Below the pieces are notes generated by a model. That model did no database searches and was not told the DNA's origin. It saw nothing but the letters and a program-made list of their open reading frames with translations. 64,000 bases of DNA. It comes from Gnetum montanum (taxonomy: Eukaryota > Plantae > Gnetophyta). Location of the stretch: assembly GCA_015680685.1 (NCBI GenBank), contig MNCI01000268.1, positions 28,424 to 92,423 of the forward strand, read 5' to 3'. Made by a program: the position numbers and the translations under genes. Positions within the stretch are counted from its first letter, which is position 1; each line of letters starts with the position of its first letter. This document shows, in pieces, positions 1 through 11,561 of this stretch.

Positions 1-2329
1 CTAGATTTTTGAGGATTTTATGCTTGTTTTAGACTTTTTGCTGCAACAATTTTAATTAGTGAGTTGTCTTTACCTTTTTCCTATATTTTTGTGCTAGATT
101 AGTTTATATGATCATGCGATATGGGCATGTGGGACGAATAGTTAAAAGATTGAGTTTAAATATATTGTTTTGTAGATTTTCTAAAATTTTATGGTTTTGG
201 TTGTAGATTGTTTATTAATAAATATGCGATGTACAACATGATGTGGACTTGTAGAAAATTAGATGTGATGTTGATGAGACTAGCATAATCAGAATATTAT
301 ACTTTATGGATTCATTTCTGCACAAGAGATTTTAGGAGCTCTAATCATCACAAGCTGTAATTAACTGTTATTATTTATTATTTAATTAATTATACTTTGA
401 ATGTACATAACTTTTCTTCCACAAGTTCAATTTAGGTGAAATTAGTGTTGTTGGAAATTAGTGTTTGTTTGAATTTCTTATAAGTGCCCAACTTCTCCCA
501 ATTGATGANAAAACAAGCATAAAATCCTCAAAAATCTAGTAGAACTCCATTTCACTCCAAACAAGTTCTAGACCCATGTAAATATGACTGCAACAATTCC
601 AAATCTAGGTTCATAGCAAAGAAAAATCCATCCACAAAGCTCAAAATTCAAAAAAAAAATGGAATGGAAAATGAAAGTAAATGGAAGAACAAGGAAAAAT
701 AGGGTTTAACTTCATTTCTGCTTGTAAACAGAAAACAAAAATCCAAATTCCATGAGTAAAGATGTTGGAGGCAATGACAGTAACCAAAAGAAAGTTGGTG
801 GTTTCCTCTTTTTTTTAACTTATTGTATAATGCATCCGCATTATAATGTCAAAGTCCTTTTGTTTATTATGCATGTCTAATGCCACATAAAATTGATTCA
901 TTTATTTTTAAAAAATTATTTATTATTATTATTTTTAAAGAAAATATTTTCATAACTCTATTTTTTAAATTTTCTCCCTAACTAATGCCCTACACTTCAA
1001 ACATACATGATAAATACTCTAAGACTCCAAATCAAAATTTGTTTGAACCTATGCAATCCATATCAAATGCTCTACACATCCACATGCTAAAATCACATCC
1101 AAGCATCACACAACATAATGCTATAATTCAAATGCATAAATACCGAACTCATACATAAAGCATAAATACATACTAAATAGGTGCTCTTGTATTCCACTCC
1201 AACATCCTTGCTAATTTAACACATCACATGGGACTAGTGTACATAATCATATTAGTTAAGCATCTCAAGACATTATAATCACAACATACATGCTAAAGCA
1301 TCATAACATATAAATCGTAATGATAACAAACTAACTCGTCCTTAAATAACCTACCGAAACCAAACATGTAATGTATAAATTGTAATCATACTATCATACC
1401 AAAGGTCTCTGGAAGAGATGTAACATGTACCTCATTTTGAGAAGTTGTAATTATTCATGGTACCCCTCAAGAAAGGGTTTGACCTATGAGATTTAAGGTC
1501 GAGCTTAGACATTGTATCAGCATAGAGTTGCAGAGCTAGATTGGGAATTGACAAGAGCTAGGTGAAGTGGGACAAGAAGGCATTGATTACCCTTTGGTTT
1601 GATGGCCTAATCGTGGTGGCAATGTTGTATTACCTTTAAGGTCTTAAGTGTCACAAGAAGATAACCTAGGATCATTAATAATATACCCAACAAAAAATTT
1701 CTTTAATAAAGTTACATCATTTTAGTTTCCATTCATTTAAATCTTCTTTCATCATTATTGCATAAGAAAATAAGCAATCCAAAGTATCCCTACATAACAT
1801 GATGGTTTTGTGCTATGAATGATCATATTCATCAACATCTAGAAATAGGATGTCATACTCCTCCTCATCCCACCCCTTCCCCATCCTCCAAAATTAATAG
1901 TATGTAAAATATTCTAAGGAGATTTTAGATCCCAAAAAATGTAGAATGATTTAAAACAAGTAAGAGTATATCAAATCATGAACATAGAATAGAGAGACTA
2001 AAGAAAAAACCTAATTATTTAGGGGGTGTCTTTTCAAGTTTTTATCCTTATGACTAATTCTAAAAGACCTCTCCTTTAGGGTAGGAAAAGGATTTATTTA
2101 GAAGTGTCTTTATGGGTTTTGACCTTTTACTAAACGATTTCTTATAAATAGAAGGATAATACTCTTTCTAAAAATAAAAGAAAGCATCAATCAAAAGAAA
2201 AATAACAACAAAAGCTAGTAACTTTCTAACTTAAACCTCCAAATAAAAATAAATTAATAATATATTTAAAAAAATTAATTGTTCCCCCACATAAGTATTA
2301 ACATTAATTGCAAATTATGGACAAAATAA

Positions 2330-3900
2330 AAAAAAAAGCAATCACTGAATTTTAATTTATAGAGATATGCAATAATGAAATCTCATTGAATCTTGTTATT
2401 AGATTTAGCATAATCTAACTTAATAAAAGCAATGTTTTAGTTAGTATTAGAAGCCCAATGTATTCCCTCCTATATTGTAATAGCATCATTTAAGATATAT
2501 CTAACTATAACATAATTTTTCTACTAAGGTCTAATGATATCCTCTATAATCTTCTAAATCTAGCAAGTTATGTATTTAGCTAGAATAACCTTGTTAAGAA
2601 GAGTAATATGTGGAAGATTGTCATTCTTATAAAGAAGATGAATCACATCTTTACTAATATTTTCACAAAGAGAAAGTTGTTTAATAGCTTCCTAGAAATC
2701 ATGAAAGATATCATCTCCAACAATATCCTAATGTTTCTTAAATATTCAATTGAAAAACCATCAAATCTTGGAGCTTTATCATATGATAAACTAAAAGTCA
2801 TTGCTTTAATTTCTTCCACTATAATTTCTACTTCAAAAATGCTTTGATGCACTTATATTATAAGATGAGAAATATGTGTACTAGAGAACTCCAAGGTTTC
2901 TTTGCTAAAAGCTTAAAAAAATAGAAGAAAAATGACTTCCTAAAATTTTATTAATAATCTCAAGATCTATAATAATAGAATCATTTTAATTTTAATTTAG
3001 ATACTTGACCTTTTCCTTTGAGAAATTAAAAAAATTCCTTACAAGATCTTCAATTTTTAATTAGGACATGTGAATTTTAGTAAAAGCAGTTTTAGCTACA
3101 AAAGAATTCCAACATTATTGAGCATGACAAGCTTTAGCCAAGGAATTTTGAGTTTCAAAGTTAAAAGGATTCTAGTTTAAAAGAATTTTCATTTACTTGA
3201 TAGATTTTGCAAGCTCTTGTTTAACTAGATGTTTTTTAAACTATCTTGCATAATTTTTGACTCTACAAGCAATTCATTGCCACCAATCAGTCTAACCAAT
3301 AACACCAATAGTTTTTTTTCTTTTGCATTCCACAAAGACTTCAAAATATTTTTCCTATTGGATCTTACTATCATTCCTATGAAAAAGCTCTTACTTTTGA
3401 AAGAAGGAAGAACTAATCATAAGCACAAACTACTAATCAAAAAATGGTTTGACAAAGTAGCATCTAAATGTACTTTTTCTCTACTTGTAGGATTCCAAAA
3501 AGAAATATTAGAGATGTAAAATATATCTAAACAATAATAAATTTATTATTTCTTTGTTGATAATTACACCAAGTATAATTCTTCTCATTTGAATGATATG
3601 GAAATAAAAAGGTAATATTAAGAAGATTTATTTTTATTTAAAATTACACCAATCCTCTTTTTCTTGAGAAAATATATCAGAAGGAAAATCCCCAAGTTTA
3701 TCTAAATAACTTTTAGTCATACTAAAGTCATCTCTAATAATTCAAGGAACTTTAAGCAAAGATAAAAGATAAAATTTTTCCAAATATCTCATTGATCTTT
3801 TAATTTATTATAAGCATAAAAATTATATAGTCCAAAGTCACTTTTTTTTTCCTTTAAGAAGTAATCCAAATAACCTTTTCTAGGTTGTTAAAGCCAAAAA
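2330..3900 (-). mobile_element. Highly degenerate LINE (L1-like) ORF2 remnant: endonuclease traces and RT N-terminus
   Basis: ORF 2643-2852(-) reads EIIVEEIKAMTFSLSYDKAPRFDGFSIEY, matching the EEIKxAxFSLxxDKAPGPDGFxxEF motif that precedes LINE RT. Near 3880-3900(-), 'IFGFNNLEK' resembles the endonuclease start WNVRGLN. Boundaries are approximate. Confidence 0.6.
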
Positions 3901-4436
3901 TTCAAAACTTTTCTAGTTTGTAAATGATAGTACATTAATAGATATATATAGTCATCTAGTTTTTGTTCCAAAAACCCCTACCATGTGAGTTGAGTTTTGT
4001 TCTCCATAACCTCAATACAATAATAACATCACGCGTATCATATACACATAAAGAGTTTACATGAACATAGGTTTTCTTTGTATTACAAAATTAAAAATGA
4101 GATAAAATCATTGCAAAAATACCCATAACCATGAAAGCTCACCCCTGGGCTATGGCACAAGCTTTGAGTCATTACACACATGAGCTTTAAGTCATTGAAA
4201 TGTGAACTATCTCTACAAATTCATTTGGTGGGGCAATGAAATGATAATGATATGTGAGGGAAAGTGAGCATAAAGAATGGTATGGACTAAAAAATAGAAG
4301 TGAGCTAACCTGAAGGTATGTTCTAAGCAAAAATAACATAATCAAGAGTATTCCCTCAAAACAAGAATGGTATCAACTACTATGCACACAAGACTGATTT
4401 GTACCATTGTTTCTCCATTTTCTTCTCGGGTAAGTA

Positions 4437-4702
4437 ACCCACATACATACATGTTTGTGTGTCCATAAAAGTGACAGAATCCCATAAAGCCGTTACTGAA
4501 AACCCGCATACATACATGTTTGTGACAGAATCCTATAAAGCCGTTACTGAAAACCCGCATACATACATGTTTGTGTCACTTAACATGTCATAAAAGTGAC
4601 AGAATCCCATAAAGCCGTTACTAAAAATTCCCATCCTTCCACGTACATACACGTTTGTGTTCATAAAAGTGACAGAATCCCATAAAGCCGTTACTGAAAA
4701 CC
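4437..4702. repeat. Four imperfect tandem copies of a ~33-bp core upstream of the host gene
   Basis: The core GTGACAGAATCCCATAAAGCCGTTACTGAAAAC starts at 4471, 4522, 4596 and 4669. Each copy is preceded by a CATACATGTTTGTG-like linker of variable length. Confidence 0.9.
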
Positions 4703-5152
4703 TCATCCTCTACTCTCTTCTGACGTAACAATGCCGATCCAACTCCTTTTTTTTAATCTCTTTTCTCTCCGACTGCATGTTTCGTTGGTGTAGACCAAAT
4801 AATGTTTTTTTCTTTTTCCCGGGTCGAGTCTATTTATCGTGAGATTCGAGTCTTTGAAGTTTCTCACAGCATTTTGGTGCTTTCCTTGAGCACGTTCCAG
4901 CCGCAGAGCTAGATTAGCGGTTTTCTCAGTTGAGTCAAACCATACCATTAAAGCGATTTGATTTATGGCACGCCTAGACAGGAGTTCGCGCAAGCGCCAT
5001 TACTGCCAGAGGCACAGAGGGGTAATCACATCCATTCATTCATTTTTGCTTTTCTTGGTCGTTGCAAAAGAGTTTCAAGCACTGTAAAACAATCCCAATT
5101 TGTCCAGTAACACAGTGAAGAGCAATAAAGAATTGCACCCGAGAAGAGAAAG

Positions 5153-7042
5153 ATGTCTAATCAGCATTTGCGAACGCTTGCCAGAAAGCTGAATTTGGAG
5201 GAACCCCGCTATGAAACCACGCCTATAGCAAAAGTAGGATTCAAAGCTTGTGTTACTGTCAAAGGCAATTGCTACCGTAGTCATGAAATCTGCAGAAGAA
5301 AAAAATGGGCGGAAGCAGCTGCAGCAGAGATTGCACTTTGCCACCTCTCTGCGGTAGGTAGACCACCATGAATTTTGTTTGCAGAGGAAAAAAATGGATT
5401 ATTGATTGTTCCGATAGATAGATAAAGCAAATCATTTGTTCATTCCATAAAATCACATGACATGGGATTTTTTCGGTTGTTTTTACAGGACTTGGGAAGG
5501 ATTGCAAAAGATTTGGTTGAAAGTATCATGGCCAGGAGAAAGTTGGGAATGCCTAAATACGGTGTAAAGCAAGTTTCTTCTTCTTCTGGTATTGGAGGAT
5601 TTCAAGCATGGGTCCATGTTAGTGAATCTACTTATTCGGGCAGCATTGCCATTTCTGCAAACTTAGCAAAGACAAACGCTGCCATCAAAGCCTTCAATGC
5701 CCTCTGTGCAGAGTTTAACAGCGTTGGTAATATGCTTTTGTTTACTTCAATGCCCTCTGTGCAGAGCTTAACAGCGTTGGTAATATGCTTTTGTTTACTT
5801 CCTTTGTTTTAAAGAAATGAAGGGAAAAAATTGTTTAATTTTTCTTTGAAACTCTCTCTCACAAATTTTGTCGCTATTTGTTTCTGACGTGCCACCACTG
5901 TTATGAACTATGATTAATGTTTAGTTGAAAATGCTTTATAACTTGCTTGAAAAGAATTTTCATATGCTGATAGCAGTTGGGTTTTCCTTTTTTCTTGCTT
6001 TTCTTAACGTCTGATTTGTTAATTCATTCCTTCCTTCTCATACACAGTGGACAGCCCAACATAGCAAAATTTAGTGTTATATATGTAATCTGCTTTATGT
6101 TCGTTACCTGGAATTTTTATATATTTTCTTTCATTTTTGTTTTTCAAAACAGAAAGATCGCTTTTAAAATCGAAAAGAAGTATAGGGCCCTATTCCAGCA
6201 AGCATGATATATTGCTAGTTGGTGAAGGAGATTTTTCATTCTCTCTGTGTTTAGCCAGAGCCTTTGGCTCTGCACAGAGAATGGTTTGTACTTCACTGGA
6301 TAGTCGAGGTTTGAAGATTCTTTTTAAAAAGAAAATGCATCGTTATCGTATTTTTAATTTTCCAAGGCTTGTGCATCGTTATCGTATTTTTAATTTTCCA
6401 AGGCTTGTGCAATATGTGACTGATTATAATGGTACGCCATGACATTCAGAACAACTTCTGTGTAATTACTCCTCGTCGTGTGGGCAAATTTTATCGGCCT
6501 TGGAGGATTTGGGAGCTAAAATTTTGCATAATGTGGATGCCAAGAAGATGGAGGGTCATCCAGATTTGAAACAAATGAGATTCGATAGAATCGTTTGGAA
6601 TTTTCCGCATGCTGGATTTGGTCGAATCAGAGGCGAATGTAATCGCGACCAAATTAGGTAAGGCATATCAAATATTACTTAATTAATTTATATCCTAGAC
6701 TTGGCCCAACATCAAACATTCAAAGACATTCTCTCTGTGTTTTGTGTGCTGGAATTTTTCAGAAAACACAAGGAGCTTTTGGAAATGTTTTTGAGAAATG
6801 CAAAGACGTTAGTAAAGAAGCCTGTTGGTGAAATCCATATTACACATAAGACAGGGCAGCCATACGATCAATGGGAAATTACCAAACAAGCTGAAAAATG
6901 TGGCCTGCTCCTTAAAAATGCAGACCCTTTCTGCAGAGAAGATTACGAAGGATATATAAACAGGAAAAGCTACATGCCAAAGCCACGGAAAACCTTCAAG
7001 TGGCGCAGTAGCCAAACATTCAAGTTTACCACAACATGGTAA
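5153..7042 (+). CDS. Tandem dsRNA-binding-domain (DSRM x2) + BMT5/DUF2431-like SAM-dependent RNA methyltransferase fusion protein, ~360 aa; exons 5153-5353, 5489-5726, 6153-6308, 6450-6657, 6763-7042
   Basis: All four introns are GT-AG with matching phases (0,1,1,2). The joined length is 1083 nt with no internal stop. Exon 1 is a dsRBD (LARKLNLEEPRY..F..CVTVKG..Y.S..RRKKWAEAAAAEIAL) and exon 2 a second, degenerate dsRBD. Exons 3-5 carry DUF2431 motifs: ILLVGEGDFSFS, TSLDS, LGAKILHNVDA, FDRIVWNFPHAGF, GEIHITHKTGQPYDQW, YEGYINR. Confidence 0.85.
5692..5801 (+). repeat. 53-bp tandem duplication spanning the exon 2 splice donor
   Basis: CTTCAATGCCCTCTGTGCAGAG(T/C)TTAACAGCGTTGGTAATATGCTTTTGTTTA occurs at 5692 and 5745. 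Confidence 0.95.
6336..6411 (+). repeat. 36-bp tandem duplication in intron 3
   Basis: TGCATCGTTATCGTATTTTTAATTTTCCAAGGCTTG occurs at 6336 and 6372. Confidence 0.95.
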
Positions 7043-8444
7043 GTATAAATCATCCGTAATTGTTCTGATTTTGGAGAGCCAGAACTAGAATGTTATTTAA
7101 AACACTTTTATGATCTCTTTACATATCCTAAATCCATTTTTATTGGGCATTTGTTTGCCTTCTTTGACGTTTCTATTGAATTTTTTTAAAAAATTTATTT
7201 TGTTTAATTGTCCCCAGAGCAGAGTTAAAGGCCAGTCTGAAATTCAAGCATCAAGGTATTTTAATACGTACCTTCCTGAAGAACTATTTTTGATTTTAAG
7301 TGCTCAGAGAATTTGATGGACATAAATCTAGTCTCTTGGGTGGTATGTAAAACGGCTTTTAACTGCCCAAGAAGTATACATCAATGAGATGCTTCGTGAG
7401 AAGCTTACTCATGGCTTACATTTTACATGGCACGTGTTCAATCCATATATGGTACATGACATATGTAAAATTGCTCTCCATGTAGGTGATATTTTCTCAA
7501 TTTTTATTTTCATACTATTACTCTACCAACAACGTAGAAAAAAGAACGGTCTTTGCATTCTCTTCAAAAAATGTTCATTTTAATATCTATTACTCTTTGG
7601 TGTAAGTAATATTTTCTAGATTCTTAGAATAAAGCTAGATACACCTTAAGAATTATAGTCTAATTATAACTTTATAAGTAAGCATTGTCCACTAGACTTG
7701 AACCTTTGACTTAGAAATTTCAAATCAAGAGTCTTAGGCTAACACTTTAATGATAATAAAGCCTTATAAAATGATAAAACTAAAATATATTATGAATAAC
7801 AATCATATTATATTTCTATAATATTATAAAAATGGTATGAAAATATTTTTTAGGGGTGTTAGAATCTGAGAACATTGAAACATATGGGCACTCCAAAATT
7901 TATAGAAGTTTATAACTTTGTGTTACATAGTAGAATTGAACTTCTAATCTAGGGTTACTAGGCTAAGACTTGAACCACTAGGCTTAACACCTCATTGTTT
8001 GAAACTATTCTTTGAATAATTTATATTGGTTTGTAAAGGTAAATAAGATATAAATTCAAAATTACAAAAGAAAATCAGCAATATTAAAACCTCTTACATA
8101 TTTTGTAAGCATTTATTATTTGGTTAAGCTTAAAGAAGAAAGATAGTTATTAGAAACTATTTTTCAAAATGGTGTTGATGATGGCTTTTTTTAGTAGTCT
8201 TGTATTATTATTTCAATGGAACATTGATATTATAGGTTGATGAAATTATTTGTTCTTAATTTGGAGTATGTAACTATTTAGTAGTATTGGAAAGAATTAG
8301 GTCCTATTTTAAGGGATAGTGTCAATGATGGTCCTTGTTATAAAGGATAAGTCCATGTTTCGAGATTCATAATCTTTGATTATTATTATAAATAAACATA
8401 CATGTTAGAGCTTGAATGGTACTTTGATGAAATTGGTTTGTCAT

Positions 8445-9979
8445 TGTAACAATGGAAAATGTTGGTTGTTGGAAATATTGAATGGAGTTCCGTGTACACA
8501 GTTTCAACCTCAGATCCGTGCAAGGGCTGTGCTGGAGAAGACGAATCCGAGATGCCCTGAACGATCTTGTCGATCAAACAGGGATTTACTTAATCAGTAA
8601 AATTTTGTAATAACTAGATGGCAAAATGGCGATTTCAATAAGGAGATATAATATCGTTAATCTTGAAGGTAATTGAGAGCGATGTAAACGATTCAAAGCG
8701 ATTGCAAAATCTATATAGATAGGATGCAAGAAATCGGATTTAGAGAGTGTGCAATCCCAAGATTTGGGATTTAGTTTATAAACAAAATATGTTGGATACA
8801 ATGATTACAAGCGGACTTCGGTTCAGACGAAGCACGTGCCAACAACAGGAAAGTTATTTAAAGATAAAACAAGCAAAGGTCGATCTACCTTGTTCTAGCT
8901 AATTTGGGCGCAAGGGAGTCAGACCTGAAGCAGAATATTCGTTAACTGGTTGTTTCTGATCAAAGATTCTTGCCAATCACCTTCGATGTTCTTACGATCA
9001 TTGATCCTCTTTTGCTCTCTTGTCAATCTTTGCCAAAAGTTGTCAACAATTGCCAATGAAAGAAAATTGCTCACGGAGAAAATTTGCCAATCGAGAAAGA
9101 TTTTTGCCAACCCTTTGATCCTTGTCAATTGGAGTATTTATAATGTTAGGGTTAGGAGAAAAACGTAGTTTAGATGATGCATGTCCTGAACCTGCAAAAT
9201 GTCGTTGACTTGATGTGTTCGTGTTTGAAGCTTGCGGCGCTACGCTGCATTACACTCTGAAACGTAATGTGTCGTAATCTACTTTTACTGGAGCTTTAGC
9301 AACAAATTGTTCTGCGGTTACACTGTAATACGCTAGAGAGCGTATTGCGACGTATGAACTGCTGATGCCTGAATTGTATTATCTCTATTTTTGCTTGTAT
9401 TACGTTGCATCATGCTATATTACACTGCATAGAGTAATTCAGCGTAAGATAGCGAACCTGGAAAAATTTGAAGTGTTTTCGCCACGCTTCCCTTGTTTCT
9501 GTTCATTCTTTTTGGGGTTTATTACGCTATATTGCGTAATGTAGAATAATAGGCCCTTAACTGAAAAAAGGAAAACTTGCTGAGATGTGCAACTTGTTGC
9601 AGATCCTTGCTTGAGCCTTGAGGTTTTGCTGGACCATTGAGATCTCGAATTTTGCTATCTCCGTTGTTGCGACTAGATGGACTGTCTTCTGGCATTACGC
9701 TATGTTATGCTACATTACGCTGTGTTGCGTAACGTGGCGTAATATGCTAAAGGTTAAAAATTTCGAAACATAGTTAACTTGCAAAGTTGCAGACTTACCA
9801 TTGCACACCCCTTGTCTTTGTTTTGTCCTCTCGAGTCTATTACGCTGCGTTGCATAGTGTGGCGTAACAAATCCTTAGCCGAAAAGGGAACTTGCTGAGC
9901 TGCGACTTGTCATAAATCCTTGCCTGAGTCGCAAGATTTTGCTGAACCGTTGATGCCTCGAAATTTTTATGGTGTTTCA
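8445..9979 (-). repeat. Element A 3' LTR
   Basis: Direct repeat of 24790-26324. The minus strand begins TGAAACACC immediately after the PPT. Confidence 0.95.
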
Positions 9980-9980
9980 A

Positions 9981-9992
9981 TGGCCCCTCTTT
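9981..9992 (-). other. Element A polypurine tract
   Basis: Minus strand AAAGAGGGGCCA lies next to the LTR start. The same GTCAACAAAGAGGGGCCA precedes the element B 3' LTR. Confidence 0.85.
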
Positions 9993-11169
9993 GTTGACAT
10001 TTAGAGGGCTTGCCCAAAAGATGTCGACAAAGAATACGAAACACCAAATAGGTAAAGACACCAACAGCGTCTGTCGGCAACTGCTCAAATGTTGCTCTAT
10101 CAAACTTAGAAATGCGAAGGTGGGCAGAGGAGAATAGGAGGGATCTTAAAGAAGTGAGAGGAGGGAGGTTCGAGGAAGACTCAAGCATGTGAACAGGAAA
10201 CTTTCACAAACAATTTTTTAGGCATCCTTTTGTGGGTGTATTTGCAAGAGGTTACGCTGCTATACTGCACATGAAGGGCTTGCACGAACAAGTTGTGTTA
10301 CGCCCGTATGGCCTGGATGAGTTGTTTTACATTTATTTTTCTTAGCTTTGCCCTTTTTTTTAGAGTGCAACTTACATTCCATGAGGCGAGTTACGTTACA
10401 CCAGTTCATGGAGATAATGGTGCAAAAGAATTGACTATATGCTCACATCCTGTACAAACAAAAGAAGAGGGTAAAGACAGTTGTGAGGAGAAGGAAAGGA
10501 GAAAGTGAAGTAAGGTGTCTGATGGAGGGAAAGATAGGGTTTGCACTCCTAAGTAGTCAGGCTAGTCTGAGCAGCCACCTCAGAACGCAGTGACACCTCA
10601 CCTCCTGGTGAATGCATTCTCGATCAATGCCATTGTAGCAAATAACCTGCAAAACACAACAGAGAACAGAGAGCAAAACCAATCTTCCTAATTGCTAGGG
10701 AGGCTGTTGAAACAAGTGCTATTTGAAGCGAAAAGGAGAGCATAGGCCACGAAAAAGGGACCGTAGCAAGAAGCAAGGGTTTCTATGTTGATGTCGCGAT
10801 TCATGAAGTCACCGTCGATAGCCAGATTCATCTTGCTCAAACGATTGGGCAAAGAACCAGTTAGATGAATCTGCTAAGCCAGAGTTTGGTGGCAACGACG
10901 GGTGGAGGCCACTGAGGCTATGGATGACCATAGTTTCTTTGGGACCCCAAGCGGCGAAGTTGACTCCAAGAGTTGCAACTACAGAGTGGCTATCGTAGCA
11001 ACATCTCCGAGGGGTCAGTAGTATGCCTTTCGGCATATCCGAGGAATCAGTAAGATGCCAATGGGGTAGCGGCATTGCATCTGTTCCAATGCCTTACACG
11101 TTCTATCTGGTAGGGATGCAGTGCAAAAGTGATCACGCTCGCTTGCTTCATGGATTTTCTGTTGACAGA

Positions 11170-11530
11170 TTCCAGTTTTGGGTCCTGGTTGATTGTTGTT
11201 GCTGGTTTTAAGTCTCAGCAAACTGTGGTCCTGGTTTAAAGTCTGGGCAGACTGAAGCCTGCTAGTTTTACGTCATAGTGGAAGATGGAAGAGCTAGTTT
11301 ATGGTCTCAGTAGACCATGCTGTGGGTGTCAGTTTTATGTCGTGACCCAGGGACAATTCTATGCTAGTTTAGCATCTTAGCAGACGGATGCTTACATTAC
11401 CAGTTTCACGTCATGGCGGATGGTCGAAAATTTTGCCAGTTTAGCGTCGTGGCGGATGCATGCAAGAAATGCTAGTTTTACATCATAGCGGACATGTACA
11501 ACATTGCCAGTTTTACGTCATAGCGAACAT
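11170..11530 (-). repeat. Array of about ten hairpin motifs (stem-YGNNAN-stem-AAACT) just downstream of element A pol
   Basis: Minus-strand examples: ATGGTC-TACTGA-GACCAT-AAACT, ATGTC-CGCTAT-GATGT-A-AAACT, AGTC-TGCCCA-GACT-TT-AAACC. Confidence 0.8.
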
Positions 11531-11561
11531 TTTTTACCTTGCATTTGAGCCGAGTTGACAT

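Noticed and set aside
1-539. Perfect 30-bp inverted repeat (1-30 vs 510-539) suggesting a TIR element or hairpin
   Set aside because: The second arm starts right after a single N at 509 and the first runs off the window edge. An assembly join or a larger repeat is more likely, and no TSD can be checked.
4437-4702. Repeat-spacer pattern resembling a CRISPR array
   Set aside because: The context is eukaryotic, the spacers are similar to each other, and there are no cas genes.
4965-5090. Upstream ATG (MARLDRSSRKRH...) as a possible first coding exon of the dsRBD gene
   Set aside because: I found no convincing in-frame acceptor before 5153, so it is left as a possible uORF.
11170-11530. Hammerhead ribozyme interpretation of the TGA...AAAC repeats
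   Set aside because: There is no CUGANGA core or three-stem arrangement. The units fit a simple hexaloop hairpin.
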